A stretch of DNA of 64,000 nt. It comes from Eledone cirrhosa. Taxonomy: Eukaryota. The notes beneath the pieces were generated by a model that was given only the letters and a program-made list of their open reading frames with translations, was not told the DNA's origin and did no database searches. Shown piece by piece: positions 37,850 through 50,644 of the stretch; position 1 is the first letter of the stretch, and every line of letters starts with the position of its first letter. The DNA lies in contig OZ024756.1 in the NCBI GenBank assembly GCA_964016885.1, forward strand, positions 12,214,001 to 12,278,000, read 5' to 3'. The translations under genes were made by a program, and so were the position numbers.

Positions 37850-39470
37850 TCATCATCATTTTACGTCCGCCTCTCCCTGCTTGCAAGGGTGGGACGGGTC
37901 TTATTCAGCACAGCATCTCTCCACTTGTCACGGTCCTTCGTCATCTCCACTGTGAGCTTCAGCGATCTGAGGTCTACCTCTACCACGTCTTCCTTCAACT
38001 GGCATTTCCTGGCACTTCTTCACCCATCGGTCATCCTCCATGCACATCACATGTCCATACCACCATAGTCTCCTCTCTCAGACACAGTTTCTCTCTCAAC
38101 ACATCCATGCTGGGTCGTTCACACACATTGACATTGCACATCCAACGGAGCATGCTTGCCTCATTTCTCTCCAGCCGTCACATATCCTCTACAGTTGCTG
38201 CCCAAGTCTCACTACCATGCAGCATCGCGCTCCTCACACAGGCATATAACCAGCCTTTCGTACACAGGGAGAAACCCTTCTTCGTCAACAGAGGAAGCAG
38301 CTCCCTAAACTTCTTTCAACCCGTCCTTATTCTAGATACTATGGCCTCGGAACACCCCATACTAATCTGATCTCCTAGGTACCGGAAGCTATCCATCACT
38401 TCTATAGAACCTGCATTTGAAAAATGTGTCTATCAATGCGACTTCTACTGTCTAATTTCCCTGTACATCTACTGCATACGTATTTCTCTCTACCTGTTAG
38501 TTTGCCTGCTATCCCACTACATCTCTTGTGTACCCAGGATCTGCATTGTGTGCATTTTATAGAATTTATGCCAGTTCCTTTTCTGCATATCGAACATGGC
38601 CATTTCCCTGACGGAATCAGAGTATTGTCCTCTCTTCTACTTATCAACACCTTTGTCTTAGCTAGGTTCACTCTCAGTCCTCTTGCTTCCAACTGCTGTT
38701 TCCATAGCCAGAATTTATTCTCTAGCTCCTCTACTGATTCTGCTATAAGAACCAGATCGTCAGCATAGAGAAGTTCCCATGGACAGCCAGTCTTAAACTC
38801 CTCTGTTATGGCTTGGAGGACTATAATGAACAAGAGCGGGATGAGGACCGAACTTTGATGTACTCCTACTTGTATCTGGAATTCCTCACTAAACTCCATT
38901 CCTACCCTGACTTTACTGACAGCACCTCTGTACAAAGTTTGCACTGTCCTCACAAGCCATTCCTCAACACCTAGTTTCCTTAGGGACCACCAGATGACAG
39001 ATCGGGGTACCCTATCAAAGGCCTTCTCTAGGTCAACAAAGGCTATGTATAGTGGCTTATTCTTCTCTAAGAACCTCTCTTGTAATTGTCTCACCAAGAA
39101 GAGGGCATCTGTTGTACTTTTCCCAGGCACAAAACCCAACTGCATCTCATCTAGTTTGACCCTTTCTCTAATTAGTTGTGCTAATATCCTTTCTGCCACT
39201 TTCATAACCTGATCCATCAGTTTTATACCCCTATAATTGCTCCTCTCCAGAGCATCGCCTTTAACTTTGTAGCAATTTATGAGAATACTGCTGCACCAGT
39301 CTTTGGGTATGACACCACCATATATAGCCTGATTGATGATGCGTGCAACCAGTTTAGTGCCTACATCCCCTGATGCCTTCAGCATCTCAGCAACTATCCC
39401 TGACGGTCCAGCAGCTTTACCATTTTTCATCTCCTTAATCGCCTCTTGGACCCTATATTCGTCAATCTCA
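37850..39470 (-). mobile_element. RTE LINE fragment (RT with YADD, PHD-like finger, degraded 3' part)
   Basis: MKNGKAAGPSG, FVDLEKAFDRV, ELLYADD, CSICRKG...CTQCRSWVHKRC...CSRC. Confidence 0.92.
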
Positions 39471-39490
39471 ATATATATATATACAATAAT

Positions 39491-39735
39491 ATATAATAAA
39501 TGTAATCTGAGTTTTTCGAATATCAATAATAACATTCGATTCGTTTGCAATTATGCAAACAAGCCTCAATTTTATAGCCATGTCAGTAGAATGAACACTT
39601 CATTCTTGATCTTGTGTTGGAATGAAGTGTTTATTCTACTGACATGGCTATAAAATTGAGGCTTGTTTGCATAATTGCAAACGAATCGAATGTAATTATT
39701 AATATTCGAAAAACTCAGATTACATTTATTGTATT
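39491..39735. repeat. Near-perfect palindrome, ~115-bp arms, 14-nt loop, in (TA)n
   Basis: 39491-39605 is the reverse complement of 39620-39735. Confidence 0.9.
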
Positions 39736-39764
39736 CAGCCATGTAGAGCGAAATTTTCTTTTTT

Positions 39765-39801
<37 letters not shown>

Positions 39802-39884
39802 CACACACATACACATATATATACACATACATATATGCATACATACATATATACACACACATATACATATATATACACACACAT

Positions 39885-42056
39885 ATCATCATCATCATTT
39901 CCATTTAATGTCAATTTTTCCATGCTAGCATGGGTTAGATGGGTCATCCATACTGGGAGGCAAGTCTGGCCAGAGTTGGCCATGCGTCGTACCTTGCTCC
40001 AGCGAGGACTGTACATTTGGCCTGGTATTTTACAGCTGGATGCCCTTCTTAACACCAACCACGTTGACAGTATGGAACTGGATGGCTCCGTTATGAGGAG
40101 AGACAGCCCAGCTGGCTGCACCAAACCCGTCTCACTACGGAACCATGTTTTCAGAGCCCAACCCATCTGACCACGTAGCCACAGTTTTGGGGTCTGGTAC
40201 ACTGGGTGGCACCACTTTGAGAAGGGACTAGTGATACCATTACGAGGAGGAACTAGTGATACCATTACGAGGAGGAACTAGTGATACCATTACGAGGAGG
40301 GACTAGTGATACCATTACGAGGAGGGACTAGTGATACCATTACGAGGAGGGACTAGTGATACCATTACGAGGAGGGACTAGTGATACCATTACGAGAAGG
40401 GACTAGTGATACCATTACGAGGAGGGACTAGTGATACCATTACGAGGAGGGACTAGTGATACCATTACGAGGAGGGACTAGTGATACCATTACGAGAAGG
40501 GACTAGTGATACCATTACGAGAAGGGACTAGTGATACCATTACGAGGAGGAACTAGTGATACCATTACGAGGAGGGACTAGTGATACCATTACGAGGAGG
40601 GACTAGTGATACCATTACGAGGAGGAACTAGTGATACCATTACGAGGAGGAACTAGTGATACCATTACGAGGAGGGACTAGTGATACCATTACGAGGAGG
40701 GACTAGTGATACCATTACGAGGAGGGACTAGTGATACCATTACGAGGAGGGACTAGTGATACCATTACGAGGAGGGACTAGTGATACCATTACGAGGAGG
40801 GACTAGTGATACCATTACGAGGAGGGACTAGTGATACCATTACGAGGAGGGACTAGTGATACCATTACGAGGAGGGACTAGTGATACCATTACGAGGAGG
40901 GACTAGTGATACCATTACGAGGAGGGACTAGTGATACCATTACGAGGAGGGACTAGTGATACCATTACGAGGAGGGACTAGTGATACCATTACGAGGAGG
41001 GACTAGTGATACCATTACGAGGAGGGACTAGTGATACCATTACGAGGAGGGACTAGTGATACCATTACGAGAAGGGACTAGTGATACCATTACGAGGAGG
41101 GACTAGTGATACCATTACGAGGAGGGACTAGTGATACCATTACGAGGAGGGACTAGTGATACCATTACGAGGAGGGACTAGTGATACCATTACGAGGAGG
41201 GACTAGTGATACCATTACGAGAAGGGACTAGTGATACCATTACGAGGAGGGACTAGTGATACCATTACGAGGAGGGACTAGTGATACCATTACGAGAAGG
41301 GACTAGTGATACCATTACGAGAAGGGACTAGTGATACCATTACGAGGAGGGACTAGTGATACCATTACGAGGAGGGACTAGTGATACCATTACGAGGAGG
41401 GACTAGTGATACCATTACGAGGAGGATACCATTACGAGGAGGGACTAGTGATACCATTACGAGGAGGGACTAGTGATACCATTACGAGGAGGGACTAGTG
41501 ATACCATTACGAGGAGGGACAGGCCAGTTGGCCGCACCAATCTCTTCTCACAGCGACACCTCATTTCAAAGCCGGGCACTCTCCATGCAACGAACCCTTC
41601 TCAACATGGAACCACCTTTTGGGATCCTAGAACTGGATGGCTGCACTATATCGAGAGACAGGCCAGTTGGCCACAGTAGACCCTCAGTTCAGGTTCAGAG
41701 CTCTGCGATGGCTGACCTGGCCACTCTCCACATGATGAACCCTTCACGAGATCACATTCACTTCAGGAGCCCCACACTGGATGACCGTGATAAAATTCTC
41801 GTGGACCTGTCATTGACTTTCTTTGCGGTGTGGGGCTGGGTGGTGTCATTTTAATCTGAGTCCGGTGCTGAGTTGTTGGAACAGGTCTTTTGTTGAACAT
41901 AATAGCGCCAGACTCGGTCCTGTGTCATCCCCATTAGGAAATTTATTCAGGTCTGCCCTTATTGTTTCATCCCACGTCTTTCTGGGTCTTCCTCTCTTGG
42001 TGCTCCCCCCACAACTCTTAAAGCCCTACACTTCTTTAAGCAGCTGTCATCCTTCA
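39885..42056 (-). mobile_element. RTE LINE 3' end whose 3' UTR contains an expanded 25-bp satellite
   Basis: RGRPRKTWDETIRADL at ~41950-42000 (-); RTE tail GAAGGGCATCCAGCTGTAAAA and (GAT)n at ~39885-40050. Confidence 0.7.
40222..41520. repeat. 25-bp minisatellite (GACTAGTGATACCATTACGAGGAGG), ~52 copies
   Basis: Direct reading. Confidence 0.97.
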
Positions 42057-42134
42057 TATATTTATATATATGTGTGTGTGTGTGTATATATATAATAAAT
42101 AAGAGAGATGGTTTTATTCGTATATCTTCATTTT

Positions 42135-42220
42135 ATTACATTATTCTATTATACGTATTTCAAAGATGTCAGAGTGGTTATATAATAACCCCCTGGCATG
42201 TTTTCATCAGATAATGTAAT
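42135..42220 (-). ncRNA. Type I hammerhead with long hairpin stem II and palindromic stem III
   Basis: Reverse complement: ATTACATTAT-CTGATGA-AAACATGCCAGGGGGTTAT TAT ATAACCACTCTGACATCTTT-GAAA-TACGTA-TA/ATAGAATAATGTAAT. Confidence 0.72.
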
Positions 42221-42304
42221 GTATTTTCCTAACTATTGATATGCTACTGGTTTTTCGTGGTGTTTACATCACTGACCAGTAGACATACCAACTTTCATCA
42301 ACTG

Positions 42305-42359
<55 letters not shown>

Positions 42360-42362
<3 letters not shown>

Positions 42363-43583
42363 GCTCCGTTGGATGTGCATGAACGAACAAGCATAGATGA
42401 GTTGAGAGAGAAACTGGGTATAAGAGGGATAAGTTGTGGTGTGTGGAAGAGAAGACTGAGATGGTATGGACATGTGATGCGCATGGAGGATGACCGCTGG
42501 GTAAAGACGTGCCAAGAAGACACAGTAGAGGAAGACCACGAAAATCATGGGCGAAGGTGGTAAGAGCAGACCTCAGACTGCTGAAGCTCACGGAGGAGAT
42601 GACGAAGGACCGTGACAAGTGGAGAGATGCTGTGCTGAATAGGACCCGTCCCACCCTTACAAGCAAGGAAAAGCGGACGTAAAATGATGATGATATATAT
42701 ATATATATATATATATCACCAAACTCTGGGAGGGCTCTGTAGAAACAGTAGACAGCTTCTGCTACCTAGGTGACTGAATTAGCAGCAGAGGAGGGTGTTC
42801 GGAAAGTACAATAACTAGGGTAAGAACGGGATGGAAGAAGTTTAGGGAATTACTACCACTGCTAGCTGCAAAAGGCTTCTCCCTCAAAATGAAAGGCAGA
42901 CTGTATGATGTGTGTATCCGAACAACAATGTTACATGGTAGTGAGACCTGGGCGCTGTCTGTGGAAGACTTGCGTAGATTAGAAACGAAGCCTGCATGCT
43001 CCGATGGATGTGTAATAGTAATATACGCGAACGGCAAAGCATAAACGAATTGAGAGAGAGACTGAGCATAAGAGGAATCAAATGCTGTGTGCAGGAGAGG
43101 TTGTTGCGCTGGTATGGACATGTGATGCGTATGAAGGATGACAGCTGCATAAAAAGGTGCAGAGCAGTAGAAGTCGATGGAAGCCGCGGAGTGGGGAGAC
43201 CCAAAAAGACCTGGGATGAGGTGATAAAAGCCGACCTTACCCAATTACACCTCTCCAAGGCGATGACACACGACCGTGACCTCTGGCGTCACGCAGTAAT
43301 ACAGAAGACCCGACCCCCCACGAGTACAAGCCAAAGCTGAAGCATATAGACAATATGCCCCCACACCCTCCCACTGCAAAGTGGTCGTGGAGGTGCCTTG
43401 GCAAAAAAGCACCCAGCCCACACTGTAAAATGGACGAGTAGGCGCCACGAAAAAAAGCCAGAATCAGTTCCCGTATGAGCAAGACAAGGTCAGCCGACTG
43501 GACACTGCTCACAACAGGACAACCCGTCTAACCCATGCTAGCGTGGAAGAACGGACGTAAAACATTGATGACGATGATGATGA
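42360..43583 (+). mobile_element. Two adjacent RTE 3' fragments (42360-42694; 42716-43583)
   Basis: RLRWYGHVMRM and GRPKKTW motifs; (GAT)n tails. Confidence 0.88.
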
Positions 43584-43967
43584 TATCATATATATATGTG
43601 TGTGTGTATATATATATCATCATCATCATTTTACGTCCGCTTTTCCCTGCTTGCAAGGGTGGGACGGGTCCTATTCAGCACAGCATCTCACCACCTTCGC
43701 CCATGTTTTTCGTGGGCTTCCTCTACTGTGTCTTCCTTCTACTGGGATTTCTTGGCACATATATATATAAGTGCCAAGAATATATATATATATATATATA
43801 TATGTGCCAAGCATATATATGTATATTTCCTCTGATAGTTTGTAAAATTTTACATAGATCTATATATATATATAAAGAAAAATAAATGAATGAAGCAATT
43901 TCTCATGATTTGTCATATAGTTATTTCACTTTTTATTTTTATTATTTTTTTACTTTCTTTCTTTTAG

Positions 43968-44005
43968 TGAGATTTGCTCCTCGGCTTACAGATGGAAGTT
44001 ACTAA
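43968..44005 (+). CDS. Host gene probable terminal coding exon (LRFAPRLTDGSY*), followed by a long AT-rich 3' UTR
   Basis: ~45-nt pyrimidine tract plus TTTTAG acceptor. The phase-1 join to 24139 gives T|TG AGA TTT...TAC TAA, and TE-poor U/A-run-rich sequence follows. Confidence 0.6.
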
Positions 44006-45589
44006 ATTCATACTTGCTGACAAAAATAATAAGAAACAGCCATGTGATAAAAAGACCACTGCCTGCTTGACTCACTTTGCTGGATGACAAAGTTATATAA
44101 GGCAACAGAACAAAAATATGAGGATCCTACTGGAAGATGAAAGTGGATCAAATACCACCAACGGTTTTTATTTCCTAAAACAGAAATAATAATAAAATAG
44201 GATTTTAAACTGAGAAGAAAGATAAAATAATATTTTTAAAAAAAAATTTTTTTTAATAATTGATACATCTTACTGGTCAGATTAAGCAACTTTAAACAAA
44301 CAACAACAAAAAAAAAGGCTGTGTCCACTGAACTGAGGAAGAATGTATGGACAAGTTTCCTCTGCAGTGATTGGTTGAATATAGTTTGACATGTGACCTC
44401 AGTGATTAAATCTGGAATATCACTTTCACCACCAGCCACATGGCTTTGGTTTGAAGAACAATTTTACAAACACACACACACATATATATATATATATACA
44501 CACACATATATGCATGCATCAAATTACACAAGCATAACAAATCTCTCTTCAGTTTACCTTGATACTCATGTATCGTTGATCAAACCTTTGATCAAAAGAC
44601 TTGTGAAAATTACACAAACCTTATTCTTCAACAACGTTCAGTACAGACAACATGTTAACTGCCCTTTCAACATGTTAAGCCAACATTTCACTCATTCTTC
44701 TGTTATTCTCAACCAATTCTCTTAAAAAATATTCTTCAAAACAATACAAACAAGGAAGAGGAAAATTAAGAGATGGAAGAAATAGGTTTTTAAAAACAAA
44801 CAAAAAAAAATTTACAGAAGAAATGAAAAGAAAAATAATATAAAATCCCCCTCCCGCTTCCACACCATTTTTTATAAGAAAAAAAATTGAAAAAATAAAC
44901 ACAAACATATTTTAAAAGATTTCAAAGAAAAACAAACAACAAAAAACTTTTAAAAGAATGTTTTGGGTGTTGTGCCCCTCCCCACACACTTTCCGTTCAG
45001 GAATCTTGTATTTTTAAGCCATATTGTCTAATCACTGTTGGTGGGTGAGGTGATATTAATTTTTGTTGTGGGGGAAAAGTGAGCTGAATGCTACACAAAA
45101 TAAATAAATCCTTTTTAAATCCATTTTTTTTAAACAAAAAATTGACAACCATCGTTTTTTTTTTTTTTTTTTCATTTTAATTCACAAAGAAAATTTCTTC
45201 TGACCCTCCGCCCCTAAAAAAGGATTCTTTGAATCAAGTGTATTGATTATATTATACTGATGTGATTAAAGATCAAAGTTTGAGACTATCAAATTGATTT
45301 GAGAAGGACGAGAGAATTTTTTAAAGAGTGGTATTGAAGTTTACTTCGGTTACATTTAAAGAAACAAAAAAAAACAACTTCAACACCCTCCATTAACATA
45401 ATGTACACACATGAGTCAGCTGTAGGCATATATGTACATATGTGTGTGTGTATACATACATACATATATATGTATATACACACAGACACATTACTTTATC
45501 ATGAAAATCATTTGTTTGTTGTTGATTCTTTGTCATAAGGATTTTTACTTATTTATTTTTTCACTTTTTTCATGCAATTTATTTTGTAT

Positions 45590-46015
45590 TCTTCCCAGAA
45601 TGTTCTTCCCAGAATGTTCTTTCCAGAATGTTCTTTCCAGAATGTTCTTCCCAGAATGTTCTTTCCAGAATGTTCTTCCCAGAATGTTCTTTCCAGAATG
45701 TTCTTCCCAGAATGTTCTTCCCAGAATGTTCTTTCCAGAATGTTCTTTCCAGAATGTTCTTCCCAGAATGTTCTTTCCAGAATGTTCTTTCCAGAATGTT
45801 CTTTCCAGAATGTTCTTTCCAGAATGTTCTTTCCAGAATGTTCTTCCCAGAATGTTCTTTCCAGAATGTTCTTTCCAGAATGTTCTTCCCAGAATGTTCT
45901 TCCCAGAATGTTCTTTCCAGAATGTTCTTCCCAGAATGTTCTTTCCAGAATGTTCTTCCCAGAATGTTCTTTCCAGAATGTTCTTCCCAGAATGTTCTTT
46001 CCAGAATATTCTTCC
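45590..46015. repeat. 14-bp minisatellite (CCAGAATGTTCTT[C/T]), ~30 copies
   Basis: Direct reading. Confidence 0.95.
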
Positions 46016-46164
46016 CTATTCCTTGTGATTTCCTTTCAAATTTTAAGTATTCGTTTGTTTTTGTTATGGTTGTTTCTTGTTTCTGCCTTTCTTTCTTTTT
46101 TATATATATATATATTTTTTTTTTTTATTATTTTCAATCCCAGTCAAAGTAGAAATCCCCAACT

Positions 46165-46512
46165 GCCCCTCTCTCTATCTCCTCCATTACTCAGTGTCCC
46201 CTCCCCCTCTATCTCCTCCATTACTCAGTGTCTATCTCTATCTCCTCCATTACTCAGTGTCTATCTCTATCTCCTCCATTACTCAGTGTCTCTCCCCTCC
46301 TCCATTACTCAGTGTCTCCCCCCTCTCTATCTCCATTACTCAGTGTCTCTCCCCTCCCTCTATCTCCTCCATTACTCAGTGTCTCTTCCCCCCTCTCTCT
46401 ATCTCCTCCATTACTTAGTGCCCCTCCCTCCCACCCCCCACCCCCTCTATCGCCTCCATTACTCAGTGTCTCACCCCCCCCCCTCTCTCTATCTCCTCCA
46501 TTACTCAGTGTC
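46165..46512. repeat. Variable-length tandem repeat (CTCTATCTCCTCCATTACTCAGTGT plus C/T-rich linker), ~10 copies
   Basis: Direct reading. Confidence 0.9.
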
Positions 46513-47009
46513 CTGTCCTGCTCTGCCCTCAACAATGTGGACCCAATGCAAACGCTACTCTCAATTTTATCCTCCTCTCCTCCCCACCCTAACTCAGTAT
46601 AACAATACCTTACCTTGTTTTGTCTCCTTCACCCCCACCCCCTTATATTGCCAACTATTTGTAAAAAAAAAAAAAAAAAGGGGTTTTTGAGAAACAAAGT
46701 ATATAAAGGTTAAGAATAAAAAAAAAAAACTAACAACAACAACAAAAACATGTTCTGAAAAGAAAAACGCAAAAAAAAAAACAAAAAAAAAAAAAAAAAA
46801 AACTCATTATCCACAGAATTGCTAAGAAGACAAAAGTCATTTTTCTATCTCTGTCATAGTTCTATCCCCCCCCCCTCTCCACTGATATTGATATGAAAGG
46901 GGTGGGAGAGTGGGGTGTGAATCTAGATGAGGTGAGGTACAGCTTCCTTCTCACCCCCACCCAACCCCCACCATTAATTACAAGACAGACAGATAAACTT
47001 ATGTGAAGA

Positions 47010-47646
<637 letters not shown>

Positions 47647-47824
47647 AAGGATGGTTTCCTCTGCAGGTGGACTTGGGCATAAAAAAAACAATGTGTAATG
47701 TACAGAGAGACATATGAAATGATATGGGAAGCGAGGTGTTTGCTGAGTAATTTCTGTGGAGAAATCGTATATTTAATGTAAAAAGCAATGCCAACAGAGA
47801 AATCAAATATCTACAAAATAAGTT

Positions 47825-47875
47825 AATAAATCAACTTTGCCAATAGTTGTGTGTTTGTTTTTTTTTGTTTTTTCA
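47825..47875 (+). promoter_or_regulatory. Candidate polyadenylation signal with GU/U-rich downstream element
   Basis: AATAAA at 47825-47830, then TTGTGTGTTTGTTTTTTTTTG ~17 nt later; TE density resumes right after. Confidence 0.4.
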
Positions 47876-47917
47876 TCAAAACACCATAAACTTTATTGTT
47901 ATTGTTATTACAGGTAA

Positions 47918-48333
47918 ACCTTTAATGTTCAAACCGGCCAAAACCGGCCAGAATTCTCTACCTCTTTATGTTGAAACTGGCTGTAACTGGTCGCTCAAAC
48001 TGATGTTAAGGTATTGTTCTCAAAATAAATACTTTCATAGATTCGATATTATGTGAGATAATTATGAGGTAAAGCCTTTACCATGAAAATACAATAGTAT
48101 ATATAGAGTAATGTAAATGTTATGTGAGATATTATGTGAGGTAAAGCCTTTACTGTGAAAATACAATAGTATATATAGAGTAATGTGAATGTTATGTGAG
48201 GTAAAGCCTTTACTGTGAAAATACAATAGTATATATAGAGTAATGTGAATGTTATGTGAGATATTATGTGAGGTAAAGCCTTTACCATGAAAATATAATA
48301 GTATATATATAGAGTAATGTAAATGCTAAAGGG
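47918..48333 (+). mobile_element. piggyBac-type MITE with 4 internal repeat units
   Basis: ACCTTTAATG...TAAAGGG|TTAA; followed by a 39-bp x4 tandem (48333-48490). Confidence 0.78.
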
Positions 48334-48494
48334 TTAAGGGTAGCAACTTGGTGGAACTGTTAGTTATTATAGTTAAGGGTAGTGACTTGGTGGAACTGTT
48401 AGTTATTATAGTTAAGGGTAGTGAGTTGGTGGAACTGTTAGTTATTATTATAGTTAAGGGTAGTGACTTGGTGGAACTGTTAGTTATTGTTATT

Positions 48495-49445
48495 ACATCC
48501 CAGGTCTTATTGGGTCTCTCCACTCCGCGAGTTTCCATCGACTTCTAGTGTTCTGCACCTTTTTATGCAGCTGTCATCCTTCATACGCATCACATGTCCA
48601 TACTAACGCAACCGCCTCTCTTGCACACAGCATTTGATTCTTCTTATGCTCAGTTTCTCTCTCAACTCATTTATGCTTTGCCGTTCACATATATTACTAT
48701 TACACATCGGAGCATGCAGGCTTCGTTTCTTTCTAATCTACGTAAGTTTTCCACAGACAGCGCCCAGGTCTCATTACCATGCAACATTGCTGTTCATATA
48801 CACGCATCATACAGTCTGCCTTTCATTGTAAGGGAAAAGCCTTTTGCAGCTAGCAGTGGCAGTAGCTCCCTGAACTTCTTCCATCCTGTTCTAACCCTAG
48901 TTATTGTACTTTCCAAACACCCACCTCCGCTGCTAATTCGGTCACCTAGGTAGCAGAAGCTGTCTACTGTTTCTACAGAGCCCTCCCAGAGTTTGGTGGT
49001 ACTTGTTTTCTGTGGCTGTTTGCTGCTTGCTGTCCCAGCACAGCTGCTACATGTGAAGCCTACATTCTTAGTTAAGCTTCCTGAGATCCCGCTACATCTC
49101 TTGTGTACCCATTGTTTGCATTTGGGACAGAGAATGGAGTTCCTACCTACACCTTTCCTACATACTGAGCAAGGCCATTTCCCTGAGGGGATCTGGGTTC
49201 TGTTTTCTCCTCCACTTACAAGGAACTTAGTCTTTGTCATGTTGACTTTGAGACCCTTTCTTTCTAGTCCCTGCTTCCAAGTTTGGAATTTCTTCTCTAG
49301 TTCTACCATAGATTCAGCTATAAGTGTGAGGTCGTCTGCATACAGGAGTTCCCATGGGCATCCGGTCTTAAACTCCTTCGTTATTGCCTGCAGGACTATG
49401 ATGAACAGGAGGGGGCTAAGAACAGAACCCTGGTGGACACCAACC
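48495..49445 (-). mobile_element. RTE LINE internal fragment
   Basis: GVHQGSVLSPLLF, ELLYADD, PHD-like Cys cluster, YLGD. Confidence 0.92.
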
Positions 49446-49967
49446 AAACATATATATATATATATATATATATACGGGATAACAGGTTATCGTTATGGCA
49501 GTCCACTTAGATGTAGTCCAGTTGGAGTAGTTCTTGTAGTGGATAGTATTAACATGTGGCTTAGTTTGACTCAACAAGACATTTCCATAGTGATGTTGAG
49601 AGTTCGCGGTGATTTCTATGTAGTTTATACTTGGAGTAATAATAATTCAAGAAAGAAGAGTGACACGGTTCGCTATACAATAAGGGCTTTATTCACATTG
49701 CTGACAATTGTTTCTTTGATCTGGCAGGTTTAGAGTTCGCTACCAGCCTTATTATGCGCCAATCGTACACCAATACTTTGTTTATAACCAGTCTGTTTCA
49801 TCGGAGCGAGTGAAATGAAGAAAATACATAAGGCATGGTTTTTATATAAGTGTGGTATTAGACCAGAACAATAATATCAATAATAAAATAAAATAACTAG
49901 ATAGCATATATATATATATATATATATATATATGCTATCTAGTTATTTTATATACATATATACATAC

Positions 49968-50006
<39 letters not shown>

Positions 50007-50081
50007 CATATATATACATATACATATATATACATATATATATATATACATACATATATATATATATACATATATATATAC

Positions 50082-50116
<35 letters not shown>

Positions 50117-50121
50117 CATAC

Positions 50122-50229
<108 letters not shown>

Positions 50230-50271
50230 ATACATAAATATATATATATATATATACATAAATATATATAT

Positions 50272-50614
50272 ATCATCATCATCATCATCATCACCGTTTT
50301 ACGTCCGTTCTTCCACGCTAGCATGGGTTAGACGGGTTGTCCTGTTGTGGGCAGTGTCTGGTCGGCTGACCATGCCTTGCTCATACAGGAACTGATCTGG
50401 CTTGATTTCTACAGCTGGATGCCCTTCCTAACACCAACCTCATTTACAGTGAGTGCTGGGTGCTTTTTCGTGGCGCCTACACGTCCACTTTACAGTGTGG
50501 GCTGGGTGCTTTTTTGCCGTGGCACCTCCACGACCACCTTGCGGTGGGGGGGGGGGGGGGGGGCATATTGTTTATATGCTTCAGCATGTACCCATGGGAG
50601 GTCGGGTACCCTGT
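50272..50614 (-). mobile_element. RTE 3' UTR fragment
   Basis: Reverse complement of the 43305-43583 type tail. Confidence 0.75.
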
Positions 50615-50644
50615 CATAAATATACATAAATATATATATATACA

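Noticed and set aside
46165-46512. Constant repeat with variable linkers resembling a CRISPR array
   Set aside because: The linkers are short C/T slippage variants rather than unique spacers; the context is eukaryotic and no cas genes are present.
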